From assembly GCA_902793315.1 (NCBI GenBank), contig CADBCT010000002.1, positions 2,973 through 66,972 of the forward strand: DNA of 64,000 nt, given 5' to 3'. The notes under the pieces are model-generated. The model saw only the letters and a program-made list of their open reading frames with translations, ran no database searches and had not been told where the DNA came from. Position numbers and translations under genes: made by a program. Position 1 is the stretch's first letter; the number at the start of each line of letters is the position of its first letter. This stretch comes from an uncultured Erysipelotrichaceae bacterium. GTDB lineage: Bacteria > Bacillota_I > Bacilli_A > RF39 > UBA660. Of this stretch, positions 49,885 through 58,844 are shown one piece after another.

Positions 49885-52800
49885 ACTTCACGATAATCTT
49901 CATCAATTATTGAATATAAATAACATTCTACTTTTTTATTAGTTTTATTTTCGATAAACTTACGATATCCATTAAGTTGAATATCATAATTCTCATCATC
50001 AATATTTTTTAACTTATAATCAATAATTATCATCTTATCAGCTTGTTCAACTAATAAATCAATAATTCCATGAGATAAAGTATTATCTTCATGATATAAG
50101 AATTCATATTCTTTATACATCTTAGACTTTAATTTATCTTTCATAAAGTCACTATTTACAAAAGAATTAATTTTATCTTTCATTGTATCAGTAATATCAT
50201 AATTACTTAAATCATAATTATTAAAATCTATTTCTTCTAATATTTCATGAACCTTAGTACCAAATTCTAATAATTCTTTTTCATGAGAATCAATTAGATG
50301 TAATTTATCTTTAGAATAATGTTTTTCTTCTATTTTATTACTTTCAATAGATAATTCAGTTACTACTAAATTATCATCAATATCAATTAATTCTTTATTA
50401 CTCTTTGTTACATCTAAATAATCTTTATTACCAATAATTTCTACTTCTTTTATAAATGGTAATAAGATACTATAAATACTTTTCATAATGCTTAAGAAGG
50501 AATTATATTTTTCTCTAATAGATAAAGATACTATACCATCTGTTAAACTTTCTTCCTCTTGCTTAGGCATTACTATAATCATCTTTTCTTTAGCTCTTGT
50601 TACTGCAACATAGAGTAATCTAATTCTTTCAGATATATCTTCTTTCTTTAAATTTTCTTTTAATAATAATTTTAAAATAGTATCTTTATAATACTTATCT
50701 ACCTTAGGTAAAATAAAACCATATTTATTATCAAACATAATTCTATCTTTTAACTCATCAGTATTAAAACGAGAATATAATCCAGCATAATAACAAACAG
50801 GAAACTCTAGTCCTTTTGATTTATGAATAGTCATTATTCTACAACTATTACTATTAATAGTATTTGTTGAGAAAGACAAATCATAATCATTATCAAATAA
50901 TTCATCTAAATATTCTACAAAGTCATAGATAGTATTACCTAACTGTTCATAACTACGACAAAGATTATAAAAGTATTCTAATCTAGTTCTAAATGATTTA
51001 ATATTACCAATAGTAATTAACTTCTCTTCATAATTTAATTCATCTATCAAATACAAGAAATAATTACTTAGATTCATATTATCAATGTCTTCTACTAATT
51101 CTAAACACTTCTTATATAAATCTGAATCTTTGAAATTATCATTTATAAAATAATTGTATATTTCATTATCACTAGTCTTCCACAAAAAGCTTCTAGAAAT
51201 AGACATAAAACTATATTTAAATTCATTATCTAATCTATTTTCTTTAATACAAATAAGTAATTTTAATAAATTTTTTAAAACTAGAGCGTCATTATCTTCT
51301 TTAAATGATTCATCTTTTAAAATACTTAATGGTATATTTAAATATTCAAATACTTTTTTAAATAAAGTAAAGTTCTTACTTTTATCTAAAAGTATTACAA
51401 AATCATTGTAATTAGCCTTACGTAGTTCTTTTGATTTTTTATCAAATACTTGATAATTACTATTAATTTTATTCTTAATATCATTACCTATTATAAAAGC
51501 TTCTTCTTCCTCTTTAGAAATTTCTCCTAAATTTTTATCATCATAAGTTAAAACTTCTAAATTATAGTCTTGTTCAGTTTTACCTTTTTCTATGTAATCA
51601 TTATTTCCAAAAACCATTTGATGACTATTCTTGTAGTCTGCTCCTCCTAGTTTGTCATCCATGAACAAGTCAAATAACATATTAATATTATTTAATACTT
51701 CTTCACGAGATCTAAAATTCTTTAATAAATCAATTTTTATTCCTAAATCAGAATTATTATTATAACTATCATACTTGTTTTTAAATATATATGGATTAGC
51801 ATTTCTAAAACGATAAATAGATTGTTTTATATCTCCTACCATATATACATTATTATGAGATATTAAACTTATAAATAATTCTTGAATATCAGAAGTATCT
51901 TGGTATTCATCTACTAATATTTCATTGAAACTATTAGATACTTCTTCTCTAATTCCAGGATAATCTTTAACTAGTTTAATAGCTAATCTACTAATATCTG
52001 AATAACCAAATATTTCTTTTTCTAATTTATAGTTTTCTAGTCTCTTATCAAATTCCTTTAGAATATTAACAATAACTTCTAGATTGTTTTTAGTACTTAA
52101 TAATTCTGCTTTCATCTCAGTAGTAGTTTCATAAATACATAAATTATTAATCTCTTCTACTAACTTATAAATACTATCTTTAATATTTTTACCTATAGGA
52201 TCACTCTTATTAGGAGTTCTAGGCTTTTCAATATTTAATCTAGCAAAGTCTTCATAAGTTTTAGCTTTTAATAAACTGCTTAAACTATCTTCTACTTTAA
52301 TAATAAAATCATTCTCAAAATAATTTACTAAGTCTTTCATTAATTCTTCTATATTTGTCTGTTTTTCTCTGATTAATTCTACATATTCATTAATAAAATT
52401 ATTTATTTTAGAATCAGTAAATTCATTTGATATATAATTTTCTAAGTAAGAAGATTTATCATATTTAAGTTCTAATTTCTTATAAGAATTTAATAAATAA
52501 GTACGTAGATCATTGTCATTTTTAAGACAAAAGTCATTAATTAAATTCATAAAATCTTTTTTAGGACTTAAATAATTCTCATTAAGTATTTGATCTAATA
52601 AATCTCTCTTAATCATATTAATAGTAGATTCTTCTGTAATATTAATCTTATTAGTAATATTTAATACTGTATGATATTTTTTTACTAAAGATAAAGAATA
52701 TGAATCAAAAGTAGTTATATATGCACTATCTAATAAATTAGCCTCTTCAATTAGACTATTATTATTCATTATCTCTTCTCTAATTCTATTCTTCATTTCT

Positions 52801-52979
52801 GCAGCTGCGGCATTAGTAAAAGTTAGTATTAATAATTCATTGATATGAATACCTTGATTTAGTTTTCTTAAAACTCTAGCAGTTAGGACTGCTGTTTTTC
52901 CTGCTCCTGCTCCGGCAGATACAATAATATTTTTACCTTCTGTTTCAATAGCTAATTTTTGTTCTTTAGTTGGAGCCAT
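49872..52979 (-). CDS. addA: ATP-dependent helicase/nuclease subunit A (AddA)
   Basis: UvrD-type N-terminus with Walker A SAGAGAGKTAVLT, VDEYQDTS, and a C-terminal RecB-family nuclease motif GIIDLLVEQADKMIIIDYKL. Confidence 0.9.
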   Translation of the reverse strand: MAPTKEQKLAIETEGKNIIVSAGAGAGKTAVLTARVLRKLNQGIHINELLILTFTNAAAAEMKNRIREEIMNNNSLIEEANLLDSAYITTFDSYSLSLVKKYHTVLNITNKINITEESTINMIKRDLLDQILNENYLSPKKDFMNLINDFCLKNDNDLRTYLLNSYKKLELKYDKSSYLENYISNEFTDSKINNFINEYVELIREKQTNIEELMKDLVNYFENDFIIKVEDSLSSLLKAKTYEDFARLNIEKPRTPNKSDPIGKNIKDSIYKLVEEINNLCIYETTTEMKAELLSTKNNLEVIVNILKEFDKRLENYKLEKEIFGYSDISRLAIKLVKDYPGIREEVSNSFNEILVDEYQDTSDIQELFISLISHNNVYMVGDIKQSIYRFRNANPYIFKNKYDSYNNNSDLGIKIDLLKNFRSREEVLNNINMLFDLFMDDKLGGADYKNSHQMVFGNNDYIEKGKTEQDYNLEVLTYDDKNLGEISKEEEEAFIIGNDIKNKINSNYQVFDKKSKELRKANYNDFVILLDKSKNFTLFKKVFEYLNIPLSILKDESFKEDNDALVLKNLLKLLICIKENRLDNEFKYSFMSISRSFLWKTSDNEIYNYFINDNFKDSDLYKKCLELVEDIDNMNLSNYFLYLIDELNYEEKLITIGNIKSFRTRLEYFYNLCRSYEQLGNTIYDFVEYLDELFDNDYDLSFSTNTINSNSCRIMTIHKSKGLEFPVCYYAGLYSRFNTDELKDRIMFDNKYGFILPKVDKYYKDTILKLLLKENLKKEDISERIRLLYVAVTRAKEKMIIVMPKQEEESLTDGIVSLSIREKYNSFLSIMKSIYSILLPFIKEVEIIGNKDYLDVTKSNKELIDIDDNLVVTELSIESNKIEEKHYSKDKLHLIDSHEKELLEFGTKVHEILEEIDFNNYDLSNYDITDTMKDKINSFVNSDFMKDKLKSKMYKEYEFLYHEDNTLSHGIIDLLVEQADKMIIIDYKLKNIDDENYDIQLNGYRKFIENKTNKKVECYLYSIIDEDYREVKDQ

Positions 52980-55267
52980 TACACATCACCTCCTAAAAAA
53001 GATAAATCATCTACTTTAGGATAATTAACTATATCACTATCATTCATATAGCAAATATCTTTGAATTTACAATACTCACAAGCCACATTCTTACCAGCAT
53101 AAGACTTAGGGTTAATAATAAAATTACTATTTAATATATCATCTAATTTAGTATTTATTTCATTCTTAGTATACTTAATTAATTTATATAAAGTATCATT
53201 ATCTATTACTTTAGAATAGCTACTAAATCCTTTATCAGTACTATATTTCATACTTTTAATATATTCACTATCTTTATAAGTTCTATCAAAACTTTCTAAA
53301 ATATCTAATTGATCAGTAGAATAACCATTTAAATAGTATTTTGTCTTTTCTTCTTTTTCTAATTTATTACTCCAAGTAGGATACTTAAATAAAATGTTTT
53401 GATAATATATTCCAGTGAATATTGGATTAGCAAATACTTTCCCATAATGAATTAAATACAAATAGACAGGTAACTGCATATGTAATCCATATTTCATTGG
53501 CTCTATATGGGTATCTATAGTACCAGTCTTATAATCTATTATTGAAAAGTATGTATCCTCAATATTTTTACGATACATTATTTTATCAATATAACCAATA
53601 AATTCTACACTTACTTTTTTATCTATTTTTACTTTTGCTTCTTGTTCATATAATTCATCATTATAAGTAGTATAGTCTTCTTGATCTTTTAAGACATTAA
53701 TAAATTCTAGTAATTCTTTTTTTATTCTTACTAGTAATAATTTTTCTTTTAAACTTAATTCTCTTGTTTCCAAATACTTATTGTATTCCTTTTCAAAATC
53801 AAAATTATATTTCTTATATAAAGATAGTATTTTATGGTACATTGAACCAATAAAAGCTTCAAAAGTATCTTCATAACTATCTACTTTTAAAACATATTTT
53901 AAATAGTATTTAAAAGCACATTCATTATAACTATTTAAAGATGTATATGACATTCTTAATGGTCTTATAATACTTCTTATATATAAATCATTATTAATAC
54001 CTGCAAATCCATTATTATAGGTATTATAGGGTATTTTATAATGGCTATTTAATAAGTCTAATAAATTATCTTTTTCATTATATAAGTTATATCTATCTAA
54101 CATCTCAGTTAAACGAATCTTATTATAAATATTAGAATACTGATAATTATCTTTTTCTTCTTTAATTACTTCTAAATCTAATTCTTTAATTAAACTAGAT
54201 GGAAAATATTCATTAAATGCAGATTCTAATTTATAAGATAAATATAAATTGGGTATTTTACTTAGTAAATATTTAATAATATCTTTTTCTCTATTATTCA
54301 AATACTTAGTAGAATACATATCTACTTCTTCTTTAATATTATCAGATATATAATCAATATCTTTTCTTACTTTAGGTAAGCTATCTTGATTAAATCCTAA
54401 GACAAAAACATATTCATCATCAAAAAATTCATTAGTAAATAAGTCTTTTATTTCTACTGCATTATTATACTTAATTGGTGGATAATAAGTATTTTTCAAT
54501 TTATCAATAAGTATCTTTTTATAAGTATCTGTGCTTTTATCTAAATCAGTTAAACTATTTATTACTGAGACTAGTTTCCTATTAGTTATTGAAGTATCTT
54601 CTATATTCAAAATACCTTCTAATAAATAATTATTAACTATTTTAGAACTATAAATAGAGTTTTTTAAATTTAAATTAATTGGTATTCTATAATAATTAAA
54701 TAGCTTTTTAATTGTATATAAGTATTCTTCACTAATATTAGTTAAATAAATCTTATTAATATCTACTCCGTTGTTTATTAAATCAATTATTTTTATACAG
54801 ATCCCATTAACTTCTTCTTCTAAAGTCTGATATTCAATTACTGGAACATTTATATTAGAATCTTTATAAGTAAATTTATAATTAAGTGCTTTTTCTTCAA
54901 ATAAATCCAAGTCATAATAACCTTTTACTTCGATATCAAAACTATCTAAATACTTTTTAAATGTAGGTGAATAACTTAATAGTTTATTGCTTATTAGATC
55001 AATTTTTATTTCTCTTAAATATTTTAATTTCTCATCTTTATAATCTTTATCTTCATTAATTACATATAAATTATTTAGGTATACTTTAACAACATCTACA
55101 TTTAAATTATATTTGTCCATTAAGTAGTAAAGAGCTTTATCATCATAACTAAAATAATACTTACTTAAGTATTCCCTTTTAGTCATATATTTGATATTAG
55201 TAAGTTCATTATTATTACCAAGTAATTGTAGTTTTGTATCATTAGGACAAATAATAAGTTTTTGCAT
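52979..55267 (-). CDS. addB: Helicase/nuclease subunit B (AddB/RexB type, no obvious Walker A)
   Basis: C-terminal nuclease FIGYIDKIMY...IIDYKTG. The Fe-S cluster cysteines (SYNECAFKYY and ACEYCKFKDIC) are typical of AddB. Its stop overlaps the addA start. Confidence 0.85.
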   Translation of the reverse strand: MQKLIICPNDTKLQLLGNNNELTNIKYMTKREYLSKYYFSYDDKALYYLMDKYNLNVDVVKVYLNNLYVINEDKDYKDEKLKYLREIKIDLISNKLLSYSPTFKKYLDSFDIEVKGYYDLDLFEEKALNYKFTYKDSNINVPVIEYQTLEEEVNGICIKIIDLINNGVDINKIYLTNISEEYLYTIKKLFNYYRIPINLNLKNSIYSSKIVNNYLLEGILNIEDTSITNRKLVSVINSLTDLDKSTDTYKKILIDKLKNTYYPPIKYNNAVEIKDLFTNEFFDDEYVFVLGFNQDSLPKVRKDIDYISDNIKEEVDMYSTKYLNNREKDIIKYLLSKIPNLYLSYKLESAFNEYFPSSLIKELDLEVIKEEKDNYQYSNIYNKIRLTEMLDRYNLYNEKDNLLDLLNSHYKIPYNTYNNGFAGINNDLYIRSIIRPLRMSYTSLNSYNECAFKYYLKYVLKVDSYEDTFEAFIGSMYHKILSLYKKYNFDFEKEYNKYLETRELSLKEKLLLVRIKKELLEFINVLKDQEDYTTYNDELYEQEAKVKIDKKVSVEFIGYIDKIMYRKNIEDTYFSIIDYKTGTIDTHIEPMKYGLHMQLPVYLYLIHYGKVFANPIFTGIYYQNILFKYPTWSNKLEKEEKTKYYLNGYSTDQLDILESFDRTYKDSEYIKSMKYSTDKGFSSYSKVIDNDTLYKLIKYTKNEINTKLDDILNSNFIINPKSYAGKNVACEYCKFKDICYMNDSDIVNYPKVDDLSFLGGDV

Positions 55268-55291
55268 AATACCACCATCTTTATTATAACA

Positions 55292-55328
55292 TTAAAAAAA
55301 AGAAAAGGAATATTCCTTTTCTTTTATT
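55292..55328 (-). terminator. Strong rho-independent terminator after the pilin gene
   Basis: Near-perfect palindrome AAAAGAAAAGGAATATTCCTTTTCTTTT followed by a run of T on the minus strand. Confidence 0.85.
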
Positions 55329-55893
55329 TATATAATGTTCTTGATTTAGAAGTACATCCAGTACTTGATGCTCCCCAACCAGTCCAAGAAGAACCGCAGG
55401 AATATCCGCAACAGCCACCATCTGTACATGTTCTATTTCCACAACAAGACTTTGAGCATTGTTTTGGTGCTGCTTTATATTTACAAGTTCGACATCCACT
55501 ACACACATTATGCCATTTCCATTGTTTACATGAACCGCTATAATACGCAACATCGGCACAATATTTCTTCAATTCACATTTATCACCACATTTGGAACAA
55601 TTTGCTCTTGTTTCATAATACCAACCACAACAACCACCATCTCTACAAACTTTATAACCGCAACATGGTTTACTACATGTATTAGGAACATTTCTCTTAA
55701 TATATTTATATTGTTTGTATGCCGTTACTTTTACAGTACAAGTCATATAGTTATTAACATTATCATAAACAGTATACTTAACAGTATCTTTTACTCCGGT
55801 TTCTTTATGATCACTTCCACCAGGACAATTTTTAACTCCTGATCCACCATTATCACCACAAGTATACTTAATTGTTTCCACCATTATCACCAC
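55324..55893 (-). CDS. Cys-rich C-terminal continuation of the giant pilin gene, out of frame because of the 34-bp duplication (unlikely to be an independent gene)
   Basis: Track ORF of 189 aa with no SD before its ATG. Its first residues ETIKYTCGDNGG repeat the last residues of the upstream ORF. It contains 25 Cys, 22 of them in the last 117 aa. Confidence 0.7.
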   Translation of the reverse strand: MVIMVETIKYTCGDNGGSGVKNCPGGSDHKETGVKDTVKYTVYDNVNNYMTCTVKVTAYKQYKYIKRNVPNTCSKPCCGYKVCRDGGCCGWYYETRANCSKCGDKCELKKYCADVAYYSGSCKQWKWHNVCSGCRTCKYKAAPKQCSKSCCGNRTCTDGGCCGYSCGSSWTGWGASSTGCTSKSRTLYK

Positions 55894-55910
55894 AAGTATA
55901 CTTAATTGTT
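55843..55910. repeat. Perfect 34-bp tandem duplication (2 x TCCACCATTATCACCACAAGTATACTTAATTGTT)
   Basis: Read directly from the sequence. Copy 1 is 55843..55876 and copy 2 is 55877..55910, identical and head-to-tail. 34 is not a multiple of 3. Confidence 0.97.
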
Positions 55911-58549
55911 ACACCACTAGTTTCATTAAGATTACTTTTAGATCCACTACACGTTGGTTTTTGTTTATCAACATAAACATTCATTGATGTCCTTGAACAT
56001 TCAGCAACATCCGCACCGGCTGGTGAGTTATCAGCTTTGTCTATAACTGTATAACTATTCTTCTGAGTCATAACTTTATATGTATGCTCATCAGCAGTAT
56101 AAGCAACACTTGAAATAATACCATTTACACAGCCACTTCCACCAGTATCATTACATGTCTTTTTAACAGTAGTTCCTGACTTACGCCATGAAGTAGATTC
56201 ACCAGTAATAGTACAAGTTGGAGAATTATGATCTATTCTAACTGCATTAGCTTTTGAACAATCAGTGACATTACCCGCTTTATCGCGAACCTTACCACCA
56301 GAATTATTATCAATAGCTCCAGCATTATCAGTATTTATATTTACTTCATAATCATGATAGAAAGTTAATTTCCAAGTTGGTAAATCCTTTAAGCAACCAC
56401 TTGCTTTAGTAGAACCATCGGTATCATAGTTACCACTACTATCAGTAGTTCCATCTTCTTGACAATCCGCTTTAACTCTAGCAATTTCATTAATTCCTAA
56501 CCAACCATACGAACTTTGCAAGTCTGTATAGTTAGACCAACTAGATGAACTTGTTTTTCTAGCAAGTTTTGATATCTTACACACTGGTTTTGTAAAATCA
56601 ACCCAAATTGGTTTTAATCCAGTATAAGCAGTACAATTACCTGCTTTATCACAGTTTTTAAACTCTACTTTATTCTTTCCTTCATAAGTAGCGTTAAATT
56701 CAACTTTTCCTACATCACCATATTCATCTTTATTACTGTTATATTCTTGAACAACGTGATATACAAATTTATCCCAATCAGATAATGTTACTTTAGAAGG
56801 TCCAGATGTATTATCTCTTTTATAATCATCATTTACTTTTGCAGTAACAGTTTTATTAATCCAATGTGTCGTACCAGGAACATAATTCTTAGTTCCATCA
56901 TCAACATATGTATAAGAGATGTCTGATGGTAATGGAGGTGCACTCTTATCGATATTAGCTTCAATAAATAACTCTGTAGTATTATTAGCAGCATCCTTTA
57001 CTGTTAATCTTCCTCTTCTTCTACCTTCATCTTTAAAATGAATGTAAATTGTTTTCGTTAAAACACCACAGTTAGAGTTTTCAGGTGCTGCGATTGTTTC
57101 TGACTTTACCTCATCCTTGTTAGATGTAGTATATGTCTCATATCCAGAACCAGGAGCCGTTGAAGTAATATATGATCCATTAGTTTCCCATGACCAACTC
57201 GCTAAATGAAGACTATCAGAAATTTGAATTTTATATACAACACCATTTGGATACCTATTATTATTCATCCAATCTGATACTAAATTATTATAGGCATTAT
57301 AACTAAGTGTTCCCGTTTCTGCGTTATCTTTAACTTCCATACCAGCTGTATAAGTACTAGTCTCATCACTAACATCACCATCATTATCTGTGTCAGCAAT
57401 ATTACCGTTAGCATCAGCTCTATATGCTCCTAATACCTTTATAGTTGGTCTGTTTTTATCAACATTTACCCTGACACGACAAGGGTTTGAATTATTTACT
57501 TCAATGTCACATAAACTATTCCCAGTTATCTCTGAAGAAGTCGATGCAAGGTTACTATTACGTGCATTATCTGAAACTTGAATATAAGCCCACTCAGCAT
57601 CTTCTTGATCATCATTTGGCCAAGATCTTGCGAATGTTGGTCTTAAACAACCACTACCCTTACCATCATCACAAGTTACTGTAACAATTCTAGAAGCATT
57701 ACCTATTCCTATCCAATCATTGGCACCACTTGCCGCACCGTCTACACCTTTACATGTAGGAGGAATAGTATCTTGATACGTACTAGCAGTATTACTAGCA
57801 TCAAATGTCCTTGTACTAGTTCCACCTTCAACATTTATAACAGTAACTTCAACCGAGAAATTAGTAACATGAGCTACATCCATATAGTCAGAAAGCTTTC
57901 TAGCAACTGATATTTCATTATAACCATTTCCGCTTAAAGTACCAGAATTATATACTTCTTGCATATATTTATTTTCAGTTGTTTCCGCAGAAATTATATA
58001 ACTATATCCTTCAATAGCTATCTTTTCGCCATCTTTTTCTCCTCCGCTAAGTTCCATATAAATAACAGCTTTATTAACATTATTCATAACATCAAAAGAG
58101 GATGAATTAGCATCATCAGAGAAGTGTACTTGAATGATAGGAGTTACAGCATCCGCTTCAGTATATTCATCATCACCACATAAAATAATTGATTCATATT
58201 CATATTTGGTTTTTGATACTTTACGAACCATAACAAAACTATTGGTCATACAATCATCACCAGAAGAGTTCTTAATATCATCTTTTATGTAATTCTTATC
58301 TCTTAAAGTTTGAGCATATACTCTGGTTTTTCCACCAATATCTCGAGGCAATTTATCGGTATTAGATTGCATATAACTTTGTGCTGCTTGTTTCAATGTT
58401 CTAGCATACTGTTCATCACTTTCTTTATGAGCTCGATTTATTAATCTTGTAACACTCGCTATTGCAACGACACTTAGTACTCCTAACACCACAATAACAC
58501 CAAGCAATTCTATCATCGTAAATCCTTTTCTATTAGACTTATTTATCAT
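55868..58549 (-). CDS. Giant modular type IV pilin-like protein (893-aa frame, truncated by the duplication)
   Basis: Class III signal MINKSNRKG|FTMIELLGVIVVLGVLSVVAIASV (Gly-1, Phe+1, Glu+5). A pilin head with a Cys100/Cys124 pair is followed by repeated modules with PTC...TCxDxGxSGC and VxDxAxN strands. SD AAGGTGA. Confidence 0.8.
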   Translation of the reverse strand: MINKSNRKGFTMIELLGVIVVLGVLSVVAIASVTRLINRAHKESDEQYARTLKQAAQSYMQSNTDKLPRDIGGKTRVYAQTLRDKNYIKDDIKNSSGDDCMTNSFVMVRKVSKTKYEYESIILCGDDEYTEADAVTPIIQVHFSDDANSSSFDVMNNVNKAVIYMELSGGEKDGEKIAIEGYSYIISAETTENKYMQEVYNSGTLSGNGYNEISVARKLSDYMDVAHVTNFSVEVTVINVEGGTSTRTFDASNTASTYQDTIPPTCKGVDGAASGANDWIGIGNASRIVTVTCDDGKGSGCLRPTFARSWPNDDQEDAEWAYIQVSDNARNSNLASTSSEITGNSLCDIEVNNSNPCRVRVNVDKNRPTIKVLGAYRADANGNIADTDNDGDVSDETSTYTAGMEVKDNAETGTLSYNAYNNLVSDWMNNNRYPNGVVYKIQISDSLHLASWSWETNGSYITSTAPGSGYETYTTSNKDEVKSETIAAPENSNCGVLTKTIYIHFKDEGRRRGRLTVKDAANNTTELFIEANIDKSAPPLPSDISYTYVDDGTKNYVPGTTHWINKTVTAKVNDDYKRDNTSGPSKVTLSDWDKFVYHVVQEYNSNKDEYGDVGKVEFNATYEGKNKVEFKNCDKAGNCTAYTGLKPIWVDFTKPVCKISKLARKTSSSSWSNYTDLQSSYGWLGINEIARVKADCQEDGTTDSSGNYDTDGSTKASGCLKDLPTWKLTFYHDYEVNINTDNAGAIDNNSGGKVRDKAGNVTDCSKANAVRIDHNSPTCTITGESTSWRKSGTTVKKTCNDTGGSGCVNGIISSVAYTADEHTYKVMTQKNSYTVIDKADNSPAGADVAECSRTSMNVYVDKQKPTCSGSKSNLNETSGVTIKYTCGDNGGNN

Positions 58550-58577
58550 TTAATCACCTTACTTTACTCTATTTATT

Positions 58578-58606
58578 ATTTTATAATATTCGTTATTTTA
58601 TGTCAA
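58578..58606 (-). promoter_or_regulatory. Sigma-A promoter of the giant pilin gene
   Basis: Minus strand has TTGACA (58606..58601), a 17-nt spacer, then TAAAAT (58583..58578), downstream of a T-rich tract that follows rpmF. Confidence 0.65.
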
Positions 58607-58630
58607 TTTTTTTGCAAAAAAAAACAGAAA

Positions 58631-58837
58631 TTACTCTGCTTCTTTTATTACTTCAACTTTTCCTTTATAAGATCCACATTTAGGACAAACTCTATGTGGC
58701 TTAATCATTTCTCCACAATTTGGACATTTAGTCATTCCTGGAATTTCTTTGGCATTATGACTTCTTCTCATTCTCTTTCTTGTTTTAGAAACTTTACGGA
58801 AAGGAACAGCAAACATTTGAATGTCTAATTTCATCAT
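58631..58837 (-). CDS. rpmF: 50S ribosomal protein L32 with a 9-aa N-terminal extension
   Basis: SD AAAGGAGTGA lies 7 nt before ATG ATG at 58837. The product is [27 protein letters not shown]...[18 protein letters not shown]. The canonical L32 begins at AVPFR. The track start at 58864 lies upstream of the SD, so that reading frame would contain the SD. Confidence 0.9.
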   Translation of the reverse strand: MMKLDIQMFAVPFRKVSKTRKRMRRSHNAKEIPGMTKCPNCGEMIKPHRVCPKCGSYKGKVEVIKEAE

Positions 58838-58844
58838 AGTATAA

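Noticed and set aside
55262-55685. Three overlapping track ORFs (55262..55543 +, 55284..55559 -, 55365..55685 +) in the Cys-rich region.
   Set aside because: These are alternative frames of the TGY/GGN-rich coding sequence of the pilin tail. The frame giving the CSKxCCG...DGGCCG repeats continues the pilin ORF and is the only one with internal repeat logic. The others lack SD sites and run across the terminator.
55868-55893. Independent translation of the 189-aa Cys-rich ORF from the ATG at 55893.
   Set aside because: There is no SD upstream, and the ATG lies inside the duplicated 34-mer. The first residues simply re-read the pilin peptide TIKYTCGDNGG. The ORF is best explained as the displaced 3' end of the pilin gene.
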